The notes under the pieces are model-generated. The model did not search any database and had not been told where the DNA came from. It was given only the letters and a program-made list of their open reading frames with translations. 43,518 nucleotides of DNA from Candidatus Micrarchaeota archaeon (GTDB taxonomy: Archaea; Micrarchaeota; Micrarchaeia; Anstonellales; Bilamarchaeaceae): positions 1 to 43,518 of the forward strand of contig JAQBFN010000008.1 in the NCBI GenBank assembly GCA_032123335.1. Reading direction: 5' to 3'. Both the position numbers and the translations under genes were made by a program. How positions within the stretch are numbered: the first letter of the stretch is position 1; every line of letters begins with the position of its first letter. Shown one piece after another: positions 27,398-36,002 of the stretch.

Positions 27398-28693
27398 ATG
27401 GCAAAAATAGATTGGTACGACCAGTTTGTGGATTTTGGGTACAAGCCCGCAAAAGATGACATCATAGTTCTTTTCTACTTTGAGCCCCCAGCAGGGATGA
27501 GCAAGAAGGAATCTGCAGGAAGGATTGCTTCTGAAAGCTCCACCGGCACCTGGACTACACTAACTAATCTTCCAAAGCGCATGGATAAACTCAAGGCAAC
27601 TGTTTTTCACATGGAAGGAAATTATGTAAAAATAGCTTACCCACAAGGCCTCTGGGAAAACGGAAACGCATGCCAGCTCCTCAGCGGAATTGCAGGAAAC
27701 ATATTCGGCATGAAGGGAGTAAAGAACCTCCGCCTCATAGACGCCACGCTTCCCAAAGACTACATAAAACACTTCAAGGGCCCGCAATACGGAATGGAGG
27801 GCATCCGCAAGATGATGGGAGTAAAAAAGCGCCCGCTCACTGGTGCAGTAGTAAAGCCCAAAATCGGCTTTAGCGCAAGGGAGCATGCAGAAATCGGATA
27901 CCAGACCTGGCTCGGAGGGTTCGACTTTGTAAAAGATGATGAAAACCTTACCTCGCTTAAATTCAACCGCTTTGATGAGCGGGTAAAAATAATGACTGGG
28001 CTGCGAGATAAGGCCGAAAAGGAGACCGGAGACAAAAAATCCGCGTTCTTCAACATCACTGCAGAAACTGAAGAGATGAAAAAGCGCGCCAAGCTTGTTG
28101 CGGATTATGGATGGAACTACGTAATGATCGATGTTGTAATTACAGGAACAGCAGCAGTACAGACCATGCGTGATTATTTAGGGGACCTGGGCCTTGCAAT
28201 CCATGCCCACCGCGCAATGCACGCGGCATTCGACAGGAACCCAAAGCATGGGATGACGATGCAGTTCCTTGCAAAAATGATGCGCATGATTGGAGTTAAC
28301 CAGATTCACTCCGGAACCGGAGTAGGAAAACTTGTAGGAACAAAAGAAGAACTCCTTTCCATTGCAGATGTTTTGCGCGAAAAGAAAGTCAAGCCAAGGA
28401 AGCATATGCTTCTCGAGCAGGACTGGGGGAATATTAAAACCGCTTTTCCAGCTTCTTCAGGAGGCCTGCACCCAGGTCTAGTCCCGGATGTAATGAAGAT
28501 TTATGGAACTGAATTCATCCTTTTAGTAAGCGGCGGAATCCATGGCCACCCCAAGGGAACCCGTGCAGGTGCAGCTGCAACCATGCAGGCAGTAGATGCA
28601 GCAATGGAAGGAATCTCTCTGGAAGAAAAAGCAAAAACAGGAAAAGAATTAAGGGAGGCCCTTGGAAAGTGGGGCCACTACAAGCCTAAATGA
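27398..28693 (+). CDS. rbcL: Form III ribulose-1,5-bisphosphate carboxylase
   Basis: ESSTGTW, GNIFGMK, KPKIG, GGFDFVKDDE, HAHRAMH, GKL, SGGLHPG, GGIHGHP. Confidence 0.93.
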   Translation: MAKIDWYDQFVDFGYKPAKDDIIVLFYFEPPAGMSKKESAGRIASESSTGTWTTLTNLPKRMDKLKATVFHMEGNYVKIAYPQGLWENGNACQLLSGIAGNIFGMKGVKNLRLIDATLPKDYIKHFKGPQYGMEGIRKMMGVKKRPLTGAVVKPKIGFSAREHAEIGYQTWLGGFDFVKDDENLTSLKFNRFDERVKIMTGLRDKAEKETGDKKSAFFNITAETEEMKKRAKLVADYGWNYVMIDVVITGTAAVQTMRDYLGDLGLAIHAHRAMHAAFDRNPKHGMTMQFLAKMMRMIGVNQIHSGTGVGKLVGTKEELLSIADVLREKKVKPRKHMLLEQDWGNIKTAFPASSGGLHPGLVPDVMKIYGTEFILLVSGGIHGHPKGTRAGAAATMQAVDAAMEGISLEEKAKTGKELREALGKWGHYKPK

Positions 28694-28694
28694 A

Positions 28695-29066
28695 TTATTT
28701 TTTCCAGAGCCCGTGGATGTTGCAGTATTCCCTTACAGTCATTCCTCCCTTTACAGGGAATTCTGCTTCAGGCGCTTCTCCGGCTTTTAGGAATTTCCTG
28801 TAGGATTTTCCTCCCGCAAGAACCTGTATCCATTCAATATAATGCGCTTCTTCCATGGGATGCGGAACCGAGCCAATCTTCACTTTCACCCCGGTTTCGG
28901 TTTCCTCAATCACGGGGACGTGCTTTTCCATCCCTTCATCTTCACTCTTTTCCTGCATCAGGTTCATCGGCTGCCCGCAGCACACAAGCTCACCTGCACC
29001 AGTATGCAGCACATCCACAATATTTCCGCAAACATTGCATTTGTATATCTCATTCATCTTTGTCAT
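28695..29066 (-). CDS. dfx: Desulfoferrodoxin (2Fe superoxide reductase)
   Basis: [39 protein letters not shown]. Confidence 0.93.
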   Translation of the reverse strand: MTKMNEIYKCNVCGNIVDVLHTGAGELVCCGQPMNLMQEKSEDEGMEKHVPVIEETETGVKVKIGSVPHPMEEAHYIEWIQVLAGGKSYRKFLKAGEAPEAEFPVKGGMTVREYCNIHGLWKK

Positions 29067-29070
29067 TTTC

Positions 29071-29994
29071 TCACCCATCAATGCACTCCCCATTCTCACA
29101 CCACTCATCAGAATCGCACTCGATTATCCCGAAGCCCTTTCCCCCGTCTTCGGTGCACCAAACCTCAAGCACAGAATCCGAGTCATAGCACTTGTCGGTT
29201 TCTGTATATATCGCATCCATCACCCAGTAAGTTATCGTCCCTTTCTCGTGCGTGCTCTTTCCGCCATCCGTATCTTCGCACTCCCTCTCTTCCAGGTATT
29301 CCACACAATACCCATTCTCGCAGTCCATTCCGTCCGGGCACACAACTTGCTTTTGCTTCAGTGCCCCACCTTCACAATAATACTCATACACCACATTGTA
29401 GCTCAGGCAGTAGTCCTCGTAAACCGTTGAGCCATAGGTTGTAGTTCCCCTCACAAAAGCTTCAGCTCCTCCATCCGAATCAGAGCATTGCGGAACCGCT
29501 ACGCATTTCCCGTTGCTGCACTTTTCAGTGCTTCCACATTCGATTACCTCTTCAGTAACCGCACCTTCTTCGCAGGTGTATTCCTTGAGCTGGTGCTCAT
29601 TAAGGCACACATCCGTATACTCCACATCATAGCTCACTGTCCCCTTTGTTGATGCAACGGCTCCCCCATCAGTGTCAAAACAGCCAATCTCCCTGCATTC
29701 GCCCCCAGTGCATTTCTGCCCCGCAGGGCATTCAATATCCTCACTCTTCATCTGCCCCCCGGAACAATAATATTCCATTACCATTTCCCCCTCCCCAAGG
29801 CATCTGTCCATGCCCCGTTCCTCACCAAAGGAAACAGTGCCTGCATTGAACGCATCCTTTCCCCCATCAGTATCACTGCATTCAACAGGACCGGCCGGCA
29901 GGTTCCAGCCATTATCTGTTGTTTCAGTGGGGGTGGTTGTGCACCCTGCCAGAATAAACCCAAATACCAGGACAATAACAAGAATTCCTCTCAT
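29071..29994 (-). CDS. Cys-rich repeat lipoprotein (paralog of 6641-8284)
   Basis: Lipobox ILAGC; four CxDxDGG...DxC...EYxC-type repeats. Confidence 0.8.
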   Translation of the reverse strand: MRGILVIVLVFGFILAGCTTTPTETTDNGWNLPAGPVECSDTDGGKDAFNAGTVSFGEERGMDRCLGEGEMVMEYYCSGGQMKSEDIECPAGQKCTGGECREIGCFDTDGGAVASTKGTVSYDVEYTDVCLNEHQLKEYTCEEGAVTEEVIECGSTEKCSNGKCVAVPQCSDSDGGAEAFVRGTTTYGSTVYEDYCLSYNVVYEYYCEGGALKQKQVVCPDGMDCENGYCVEYLEERECEDTDGGKSTHEKGTITYWVMDAIYTETDKCYDSDSVLEVWCTEDGGKGFGIIECDSDEWCENGECIDG

Positions 29995-30074
29995 ACTCTT
30001 ACATTGATTGCAAAACATTAAATTAGCTCCCCTTTGCCCAAGTATTTTATATTCTTTGTTTGAAATATTCCACT

Positions 30075-30359
30075 ATGTTAGAAGTTAAAGTTCAGAAGAT
30101 AGTGCTGGATGTGCTCAAGCCAATGGAGCCGTCAATACTGGAGCTCTCAAGGAACATAACTGCCCTGGAAGGCGTAGAGAGTGTGCATATAGACCTCATT
30201 GAGATAGACAAAAAGGTGGAAAACGTAAAAATCTCAATAAGCGGCCCCACACTTGACTACAATGATATCGACCAGGTAATCGAAAGCACAGGAGCTACGA
30301 TCCACTCAATAGACAATGTTTTCGCAACAAAAGGAACTCCTGCTCCGGATGAGCTATGA
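30075..30359 (+). CDS. DUF211-family protein
   Basis: IVLDVLKP..PSILEL, GATIHSID. Confidence 0.8.
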   Translation: MLEVKVQKIVLDVLKPMEPSILELSRNITALEGVESVHIDLIEIDKKVENVKISISGPTLDYNDIDQVIESTGATIHSIDNVFATKGTPAPDEL

Positions 30360-30372
30360 ATAGCGTGAAAAA

Positions 30373-30975
30373 ATGTCCTTCAAGGAAAAAATAGATCATT
30401 ACGAAGACATTACCGGCATGTCAAAGCTTGCCAGAAGGTATTTTGTAATGAATACATTTGATGGAGTGCTTACAATCTTCGGTGTCCTGCTCGGTTCATT
30501 TCTTGCAGGCTTGATGGACGCACGGGTGCTCATGACCATGAGCCTTGGTGCAGGCGCAGCAATTTTTGTATCAGGTGTCTGGGGCACATACCTCGCAGAA
30601 TCTGCAGAGCGCACTAAATCCCGCAAGGACCTTGAAAAGAAAATGCTCAGGAACCTGGATGAAACAGACATTTCTGAAGCAGGGAAGTTTGCTACGATAT
30701 ACGTTTCCCTTATAGACGGGGTCTCTCCCCTGATTGCAATCCTGCTTGTATTGCTCCCGTTTTCCCTTTCCATATTCTCCCTGATTGATGTAGTAACTGC
30801 CTACCAGGTTTCATTCCTAATCTGCAGTTTGCTGTTTATCTTCCTCGGTGTTTTCCTGGGCAAGCTCTCCAAGGAAAACCTGGCAATCTCAGCAGCAAAG
30901 AGCCTCCTTGTTGGTTTGGTCTGTGCGATAATCATCTATGGGATAAGTGTGCTCACCGCAGCACAGGTGCCCTAG
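30373..30975 (+). CDS. TIGR00267/VIT1-CCC1-like membrane protein
   Basis: ARRYFVMNTFDGVLT, SGVWGTYLAESAER; typical partner of DUF211. Confidence 0.8.
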   Translation: MSFKEKIDHYEDITGMSKLARRYFVMNTFDGVLTIFGVLLGSFLAGLMDARVLMTMSLGAGAAIFVSGVWGTYLAESAERTKSRKDLEKKMLRNLDETDISEAGKFATIYVSLIDGVSPLIAILLVLLPFSLSIFSLIDVVTAYQVSFLICSLLFIFLGVFLGKLSKENLAISAAKSLLVGLVCAIIIYGISVLTAAQVP

Positions 30976-31016
30976 AATCAGAAACCAATTTATACCTGCC
31001 CTCCCCTAATCCCACT

Positions 31017-31430
31017 ATGACAAGAAACATACTAACATTTGCAATGCTGCTTGTTCTCTTCGGCAGCGTTTTTGCGGGGACAATAGTGAACGTAGGGGAA
31101 ACCGTTCCCGTAGGGGGAACAACCACCACGACCACAACGACTACTGATCCTGACCCCGAACCGGAGCCAGAACCCGAGCCTGCTGATTCAGGAGGCCTTG
31201 GGGGGGTAATAATGACTAACGATGATGGCGATTCCGTACAGGTTGGTGCAGAATCAGGAGTACTTACTCCTCTTGAGAATGGAGAAGAGGGCGGAGAAAG
31301 CGAAGAAGGCACTATCGGAATCGGAGTCCCCAATGGAGGCTCATCCGAATCACAAACTACAGAAGAAGCAGCATGCGGAACAGCGTTTGCCCTATTGGCA
31401 GTTGCAGCATTCTTTGCCAGGAGAAGCTAA
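31017..31430 (+). CDS. Small secreted low-complexity protein with C-terminal Cys-Gly/TM/basic sorting-like signal
   Basis: Signal peptide, T9 and (EP)n tracts, ends CGTAFALLAVAAFFARRS. Confidence 0.7.
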   Translation: MTRNILTFAMLLVLFGSVFAGTIVNVGETVPVGGTTTTTTTTTDPDPEPEPEPEPADSGGLGGVIMTNDDGDSVQVGAESGVLTPLENGEEGGESEEGTIGIGVPNGGSSESQTTEEAACGTAFALLAVAAFFARRS

Positions 31431-31891
31431 AGAACTTCTATTCTCCTTAGTGTTTTTCTGGCAAAGTCCCTTGCCCCTTTCAGGTCCGCTTCATTGGGCC
31501 TGCCCTTATTCTTTAATTCGTATTCCTGCCCCGGGCAGCACCATTCATCCAGCACCCTAATCTCCTTCTTCTCCAGGAGTTCCTTCATTTTTGAAAGGTG
31601 CTCTTTGTTGCTTCCTCCGGCAGTCCCGAACACCGCAGCATACCTGTCTTCCGCAGGCACAACTGATTTCAGGAACTCAATTATCTCCATTCCGGGGGCA
31701 GATTTGTAGTTTCCGCTTCCCACAAAAATAAGGTCGCATTTTTTCATGTTGTATCCGTTGCCCACCGCAGCAGCCTCGATTGCCTCAGTTTTCATCTCAG
31801 CCGCAATCGCTTCCGCAACTTTTTTTGTGTTTCCGGTTTTTGAACAATAGAATACATTTACCCTGGTTTTTTGCAGTTTTCCTCCCACCAT
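31427..31891 (-). CDS. Flavodoxin-family protein
   Basis: YCSKTGNTKKVAEAI, DLIFVGS, AVFGTAG, GRPNEADL..A..FA. Confidence 0.87.
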   Translation of the reverse strand: MVGGKLQKTRVNVFYCSKTGNTKKVAEAIAAEMKTEAIEAAAVGNGYNMKKCDLIFVGSGNYKSAPGMEIIEFLKSVVPAEDRYAAVFGTAGGSNKEHLSKMKELLEKKEIRVLDEWCCPGQEYELKNKGRPNEADLKGARDFARKTLRRIEVL

Positions 31892-31895
31892 TTCA

Positions 31896-32882
31896 TCAGT
31901 CCTCTTCCAAATTAATGTAAAACTCCTTCAGCACACTAGGGGTATAGTAATGCAGGTATTCCATGTGGTATTCATCCCCTGGCCCCCTGGCCAGCCTGAA
32001 CCAGGCCTGGCCTGCTTCAGTTTCCCCTGCCCTGAGGGTCCCCCAGCTAAACATATGCCCCACTGAGCACCCGGTAGGCCTCCTCACCTCGCCCCTCTCA
32101 TCATCCCTGAAGAACTTGAAGCTGTTTTCATTAAGCTCCAGGCTTTCTTTTCCTGAGTTTGCAACAGTGAGCTGAATCCTCATGTATGTCCCATCATCAC
32201 ACCCCTCCAGGTAAACTTTATCTATCATAAAACTTAGGGTCTCAGTCACCCTTACTGTTTCCTTATTTGAGTATTCCTGCGCACTCGGGTCGAAGCACTC
32301 TCCTTCCAGGAGGAACTCCCAGGAGTGGCACCCACACACGAGCGGATTCATAACCAATTCATACTCTTCATTGCAGTAGTACGGAGAGGTCGCAGTTGAG
32401 CAGGAATATCTTGAGGTTCCGTCCTCACATGCATTCCTGCAGCTTTCCCCATAAACATCGTATCCGGGCGGGCATCCGCAGGTGCTTACCTTTTCTTCCA
32501 AGACAGCTTCGGAATTGCAGTACAACGGCTGGTCAATTGAACAGCTCCCTATGGGTGTCCCGTCTTCACAGCTGAATATGCATTCACTGCCCCTTTTTAC
32601 AGAATTCTCCGGGCACCCGCACCTTTCTGCATCATCAATCAGGTTCCCATAAATATCGCATACTTTTGGCTTGGTTACAGAGCATTTCCCTACAATTGTC
32701 CCGTCCAGGCACATCGTGATGTTTCCTTCTTCTTCAGGAACCTCTCCCGGCGTTTCCCCTTCAGGGACTTCCCCGGGAACCTCCCCCTCAGGAGTCGTTT
32801 CTTCAGGCGGCGCTTCTTCTGAAGGGCACCCGAACCCAAGGAACAGCAGTCCCACCAGCAACAATGCAAAAACAAGCCTCAT
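31896..32882 (-). CDS. Cys-rich lipoprotein with C-terminal Ig-like domain
   Basis: Lipobox GFGC, E/P linker, three CxDGT..xxCS..P..C..CGC repeats; start uncertain. Confidence 0.72.
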   Translation of the reverse strand: MRLVFALLLVGLLFLGFGCPSEEAPPEETTPEGEVPGEVPEGETPGEVPEEEGNITMCLDGTIVGKCSVTKPKVCDIYGNLIDDAERCGCPENSVKRGSECIFSCEDGTPIGSCSIDQPLYCNSEAVLEEKVSTCGCPPGYDVYGESCRNACEDGTSRYSCSTATSPYYCNEEYELVMNPLVCGCHSWEFLLEGECFDPSAQEYSNKETVRVTETLSFMIDKVYLEGCDDGTYMRIQLTVANSGKESLELNENSFKFFRDDERGEVRRPTGCSVGHMFSWGTLRAGETEAGQAWFRLARGPGDEYHMEYLHYYTPSVLKEFYINLEED

Positions 32883-32979
32883 ACGCATTACATTAAAGCA
32901 CACTTTTTTTATTTCTTCTCGGTCCACTGGAAACCCCCTCTGACACCCTTTTTATTACTTATTCAATAACATTCTTCTG

Positions 32980-35271
32980 ATGATTCACTCTCTTTCGCTC
33001 AAAAATTGGCGCACCCACAAAGATACTTTCCTAGAGTTCGGGATGGGCACCAATCTCATTATCGGGATTATGGGCAGCGGAAAGAGCGGAGTGCTGGATG
33101 GCCTGAGCTATGCGCTTTTTGGCACGTCCCCCGCTATAAAGAGGAGAGATCTTTCTGCAGGCGACGTAATCACTCACGGGCAGGACAACGCAGAAACCGA
33201 AGTAGTTTTCGAGCACAAGGGCAAGAAATACAGGGTGCACCGCAAGCTCCGGAGCAAGGACGGAAAGCTTTCTGCAGCCGCAAAGCTTTACGAGGATGGA
33301 AACGTGCTTGAAACCGGCCAGGTTCGCGTAACCGAATCCGTTTCTTCGCTTCTTGGGATGGATTATGATTTATTTATCCGCGCAGTTTATTCTGAGCAGA
33401 ACAACATTGATTATTTCCTCACGATTGACCCCGGAAGGAGGAAAAAGGAAATGGACCGTCTCCTGGGGCTGGACCGCTTTGAGACTGCCCGCGCCAACTC
33501 CGTTTCCATCCTGAACCGGGTTTCCTCCGAAGCAAATTCCCTTTCTTCGCTTTTCAGCCCAGATGAGTTTTCCGCAGCCAAAAAAGAGCAGGGGGAAAAG
33601 AACGCGAAGCTCTCTTCGCTCGAAGGGCAAAAGAAAAAATTCGAATCCGAATTCATTGCACTAAAGGAAGGGCTAGCACCCCTCTCCAAAACCGTTTCCG
33701 CACTTGAAGAAGCAAGGAAAAAACAGGAGGCTGCAAAAACCGCGCTTGAGCGCTCAAAGGCCAAGATCGAGCACATTTCATCCGAGCTCGAAGGCAAGGA
33801 ACCCTCAAAAGAAAGGCTTGCAGATCTGAAGGAAAAACTCAATTCCCTCTCAAAAGAGAAGGAATCCTTGAACGCTGAACTCCGCACCCTGGAAAAGAAT
33901 TCCTCCGTTTTTACAACCCAGTTAGGCAGGCTTTCCACATTACTCGAATCCGCAAAATCCTCGGCAGAATCTCTCTCAAATTCAGAAAAAGAGCTTTCCT
34001 CAATTGGGAAAATAACTAATTTGAAAACACTCGCAAAAGAAAAGGAAGAAGACTTGGTTTCAATCTCCTCAAAAATAGAATCCACCTCCAATGAAATTGC
34101 AGAGCTCCAGGAGGTTGCCTCAACCCTAAAGCCGGACCATTCAGAATGCCCGCTCTGTGGAACAAAACTGACCGCAGACAAAACAGAGCATATTCTTTCT
34201 GAGAAAAAACAGAGGATAGAATCCAGGAAAGAGGAACTTTCCACCCTTAAGGAATCCCTTCCCAAAACCAGAAAGCAGCTTTCCCAGGTAACTGAGAGCA
34301 TGCGCAAGGCGCAGCAGCTCTCCGACCGTATCACCGACCTGAAATCCAAATCCGAAAAGCTCCCTGAGCTTGAAAAGAAGAAATCCGAAGCAGAAAAGCA
34401 GCTCTTTGAGCTCAACTCCAAGCAGGAGGAGTTCCGCTCTAAGCGCGAAAAGCTCGAGCCTGCCTATTCCGAATCCCTTCTTGCTTACAAGGAAGAGGAA
34501 TCCCTCCTCAAAAAACTAGATTCACTCAAATCATTCCAGGAAGAGAATGCAAAATCAAAGTCCCTCCTGGAATCCATAGAATTCGATGAATCCAAGCTGG
34601 AAAAAGCTCGCAAATCCTTTGAGGAAGCCCGCGTAAACGAAGAGAGAGTACGCGCAAACCTGGAAATGGTGCGCAAGGAGCACACCTCCCTCACTGAAGT
34701 GCTTTCCCTGCTCCAGAAGCGCACTACCCAGATGGAAAAGGCAAAGAAGGACTCCGAGCACCTCCTAAACCTGAAGGAAGAGCTCACTCTCTACAAAAAC
34801 TCCCTAATGGAGCTGCAGAGCGAGCTGCGCGCAGAAATGACCAGCGCAATCAGTTCCGCAATGAACGAGATCTGGCCCGTGCTCTATCCTTATGTAGACT
34901 ACAAGCAAATCCGCATCACAGGCACGGAAAAGGATTACTTTTTCGAAGTATATGATGGAGAATGGAGAAGATTGGAAAAGGTTGCATCCGGAGGGGAGCG
35001 CGCCTGCCTCTCCCTCACACTTCGTATAGCTCTTTCAACCGTGCTTACCCCCGGAATCGGGTGGATGATGCTGGATGAGCCCACCCACAATTTAGACAGG
35101 GATGCGGTGCACACCCTCTCAGAAGCCTTGGAAAACAAAGTCCCGGAAATAATCCCTCAATCAATTGTAATTACGCACGAGGAAAACCTAATTAGCTCAG
35201 AATTTGCAAGAAGCTACAAATTCTCCAGGGACAAGGAAAGCCTGGGCCCCACAATTGTTGAAACGCTTTAG
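32980..35271 (+). CDS. rad50: Rad50/SbcC-family SMC-like ATPase
   Basis: Walker A GIMGSGKS, Q-loop YSEQ, zinc hook CPLCG, signature ASGGE, Walker B LDEPT, ITH. Confidence 0.87.
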   Translation: MIHSLSLKNWRTHKDTFLEFGMGTNLIIGIMGSGKSGVLDGLSYALFGTSPAIKRRDLSAGDVITHGQDNAETEVVFEHKGKKYRVHRKLRSKDGKLSAAAKLYEDGNVLETGQVRVTESVSSLLGMDYDLFIRAVYSEQNNIDYFLTIDPGRRKKEMDRLLGLDRFETARANSVSILNRVSSEANSLSSLFSPDEFSAAKKEQGEKNAKLSSLEGQKKKFESEFIALKEGLAPLSKTVSALEEARKKQEAAKTALERSKAKIEHISSELEGKEPSKERLADLKEKLNSLSKEKESLNAELRTLEKNSSVFTTQLGRLSTLLESAKSSAESLSNSEKELSSIGKITNLKTLAKEKEEDLVSISSKIESTSNEIAELQEVASTLKPDHSECPLCGTKLTADKTEHILSEKKQRIESRKEELSTLKESLPKTRKQLSQVTESMRKAQQLSDRITDLKSKSEKLPELEKKKSEAEKQLFELNSKQEEFRSKREKLEPAYSESLLAYKEEESLLKKLDSLKSFQEENAKSKSLLESIEFDESKLEKARKSFEEARVNEERVRANLEMVRKEHTSLTEVLSLLQKRTTQMEKAKKDSEHLLNLKEELTLYKNSLMELQSELRAEMTSAISSAMNEIWPVLYPYVDYKQIRITGTEKDYFFEVYDGEWRRLEKVASGGERACLSLTLRIALSTVLTPGIGWMMLDEPTHNLDRDAVHTLSEALENKVPEIIPQSIVITHEENLISSEFARSYKFSRDKESLGPTIVETL

Positions 35272-35279
35272 TACTACCA

Positions 35280-36002
35280 TTAATCGCAGAATACTAAGTC
35301 CTCAGGTTCCCTAAAACCCCGCTTCAATAGAATGTCTCTTTCTTTTAGCAGGCAGCTCCTGTTGTGGGCAATAGCTTCTTTGGTTTTTCCTATTTCCCAC
35401 GCCTGCATGCACAAAAGACCATTATCGAAAAAAGGGTCATCATATTGAGGGATGTTTAGCAGTTGGACTGCTGTGCGTTTAGCTTCGTACTTTTCTTTAT
35501 TTAGTTCTCCTCCAAACATTATTTTCTGATTTAGGTTGTGGTATAAGCTTCCCATCTCAAAACTGGAATTGAAAGCATATAGTGGCCGTTCCAGAGAAGA
35601 GATTCTGTTTTTGATTTCTTCTTGCAGTGTGGGTATTGAGGTTTTGTCCTCTGAATAGAGAATGGATAGTTTGTTATGGGTAATATGGCCAAAGATTACT
35701 GGAATTATGTTTTTGTATTGCCTTGAATCTGAGAACTTGCGGCTGAAATTGCCTATTGTTTCTATATCTATTACTGTGCCTTTGAAAGTGGAAGTTACGG
35801 AAGTTTCCTCAGTGTATGAAAAAAGATTGTCTCTAACTTGGGTTGTTTGTCCCGCAGTTTGTTGCGACTCAATTTTGAGAGTAGTGACCGAATGAGGCAT
35901 GCTCTGCAGTTTGCTGAATGGGTCTCTTAGGCCACTTTGATTTGGGATGTGTTCTACTGATTCTATTGTGGCTTGATTGGCAATATTTTGCATTTTTAGC
36001 AT
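35280..36002 (-). CDS. RNase H-fold/DEDD-like nuclease domain protein (YprB/RNase_H_2-like)
   Basis: VIDIETIG, LYAFNSSFE, AIAHN..CL; overlaps the helicase stop; start uncertain. Confidence 0.6.
   Translation of the reverse strand: MLKMQNIANQATIESVEHIPNQSGLRDPFSKLQSMPHSVTTLKIESQQTAGQTTQVRDNLFSYTEETSVTSTFKGTVIDIETIGNFSRKFSDSRQYKNIIPVIFGHITHNKLSILYSEDKTSIPTLQEEIKNRISSLERPLYAFNSSFEMGSLYHNLNQKIMFGGELNKEKYEAKRTAVQLLNIPQYDDPFFDNGLLCMQAWEIGKTKEAIAHNRSCLLKERDILLKRGFREPEDLVFCD

Noticed and set aside
31120..31180. Short tandem nucleotide repeats
   Set aside because: Explained by the Thr and Glu-Pro low-complexity coding tract; codons vary.
33411..34421. 336-aa Ser/Phe-rich antisense ORF
   Set aside because: Shadow of the Glu/Lys-rich Rad50 coiled coil on the opposite strand.
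35266..35280. att-like repeat pairing with 38591-38601 around the helicase insert
   Set aside because: Only TAGTACT vs TAGCACT; too short to support.
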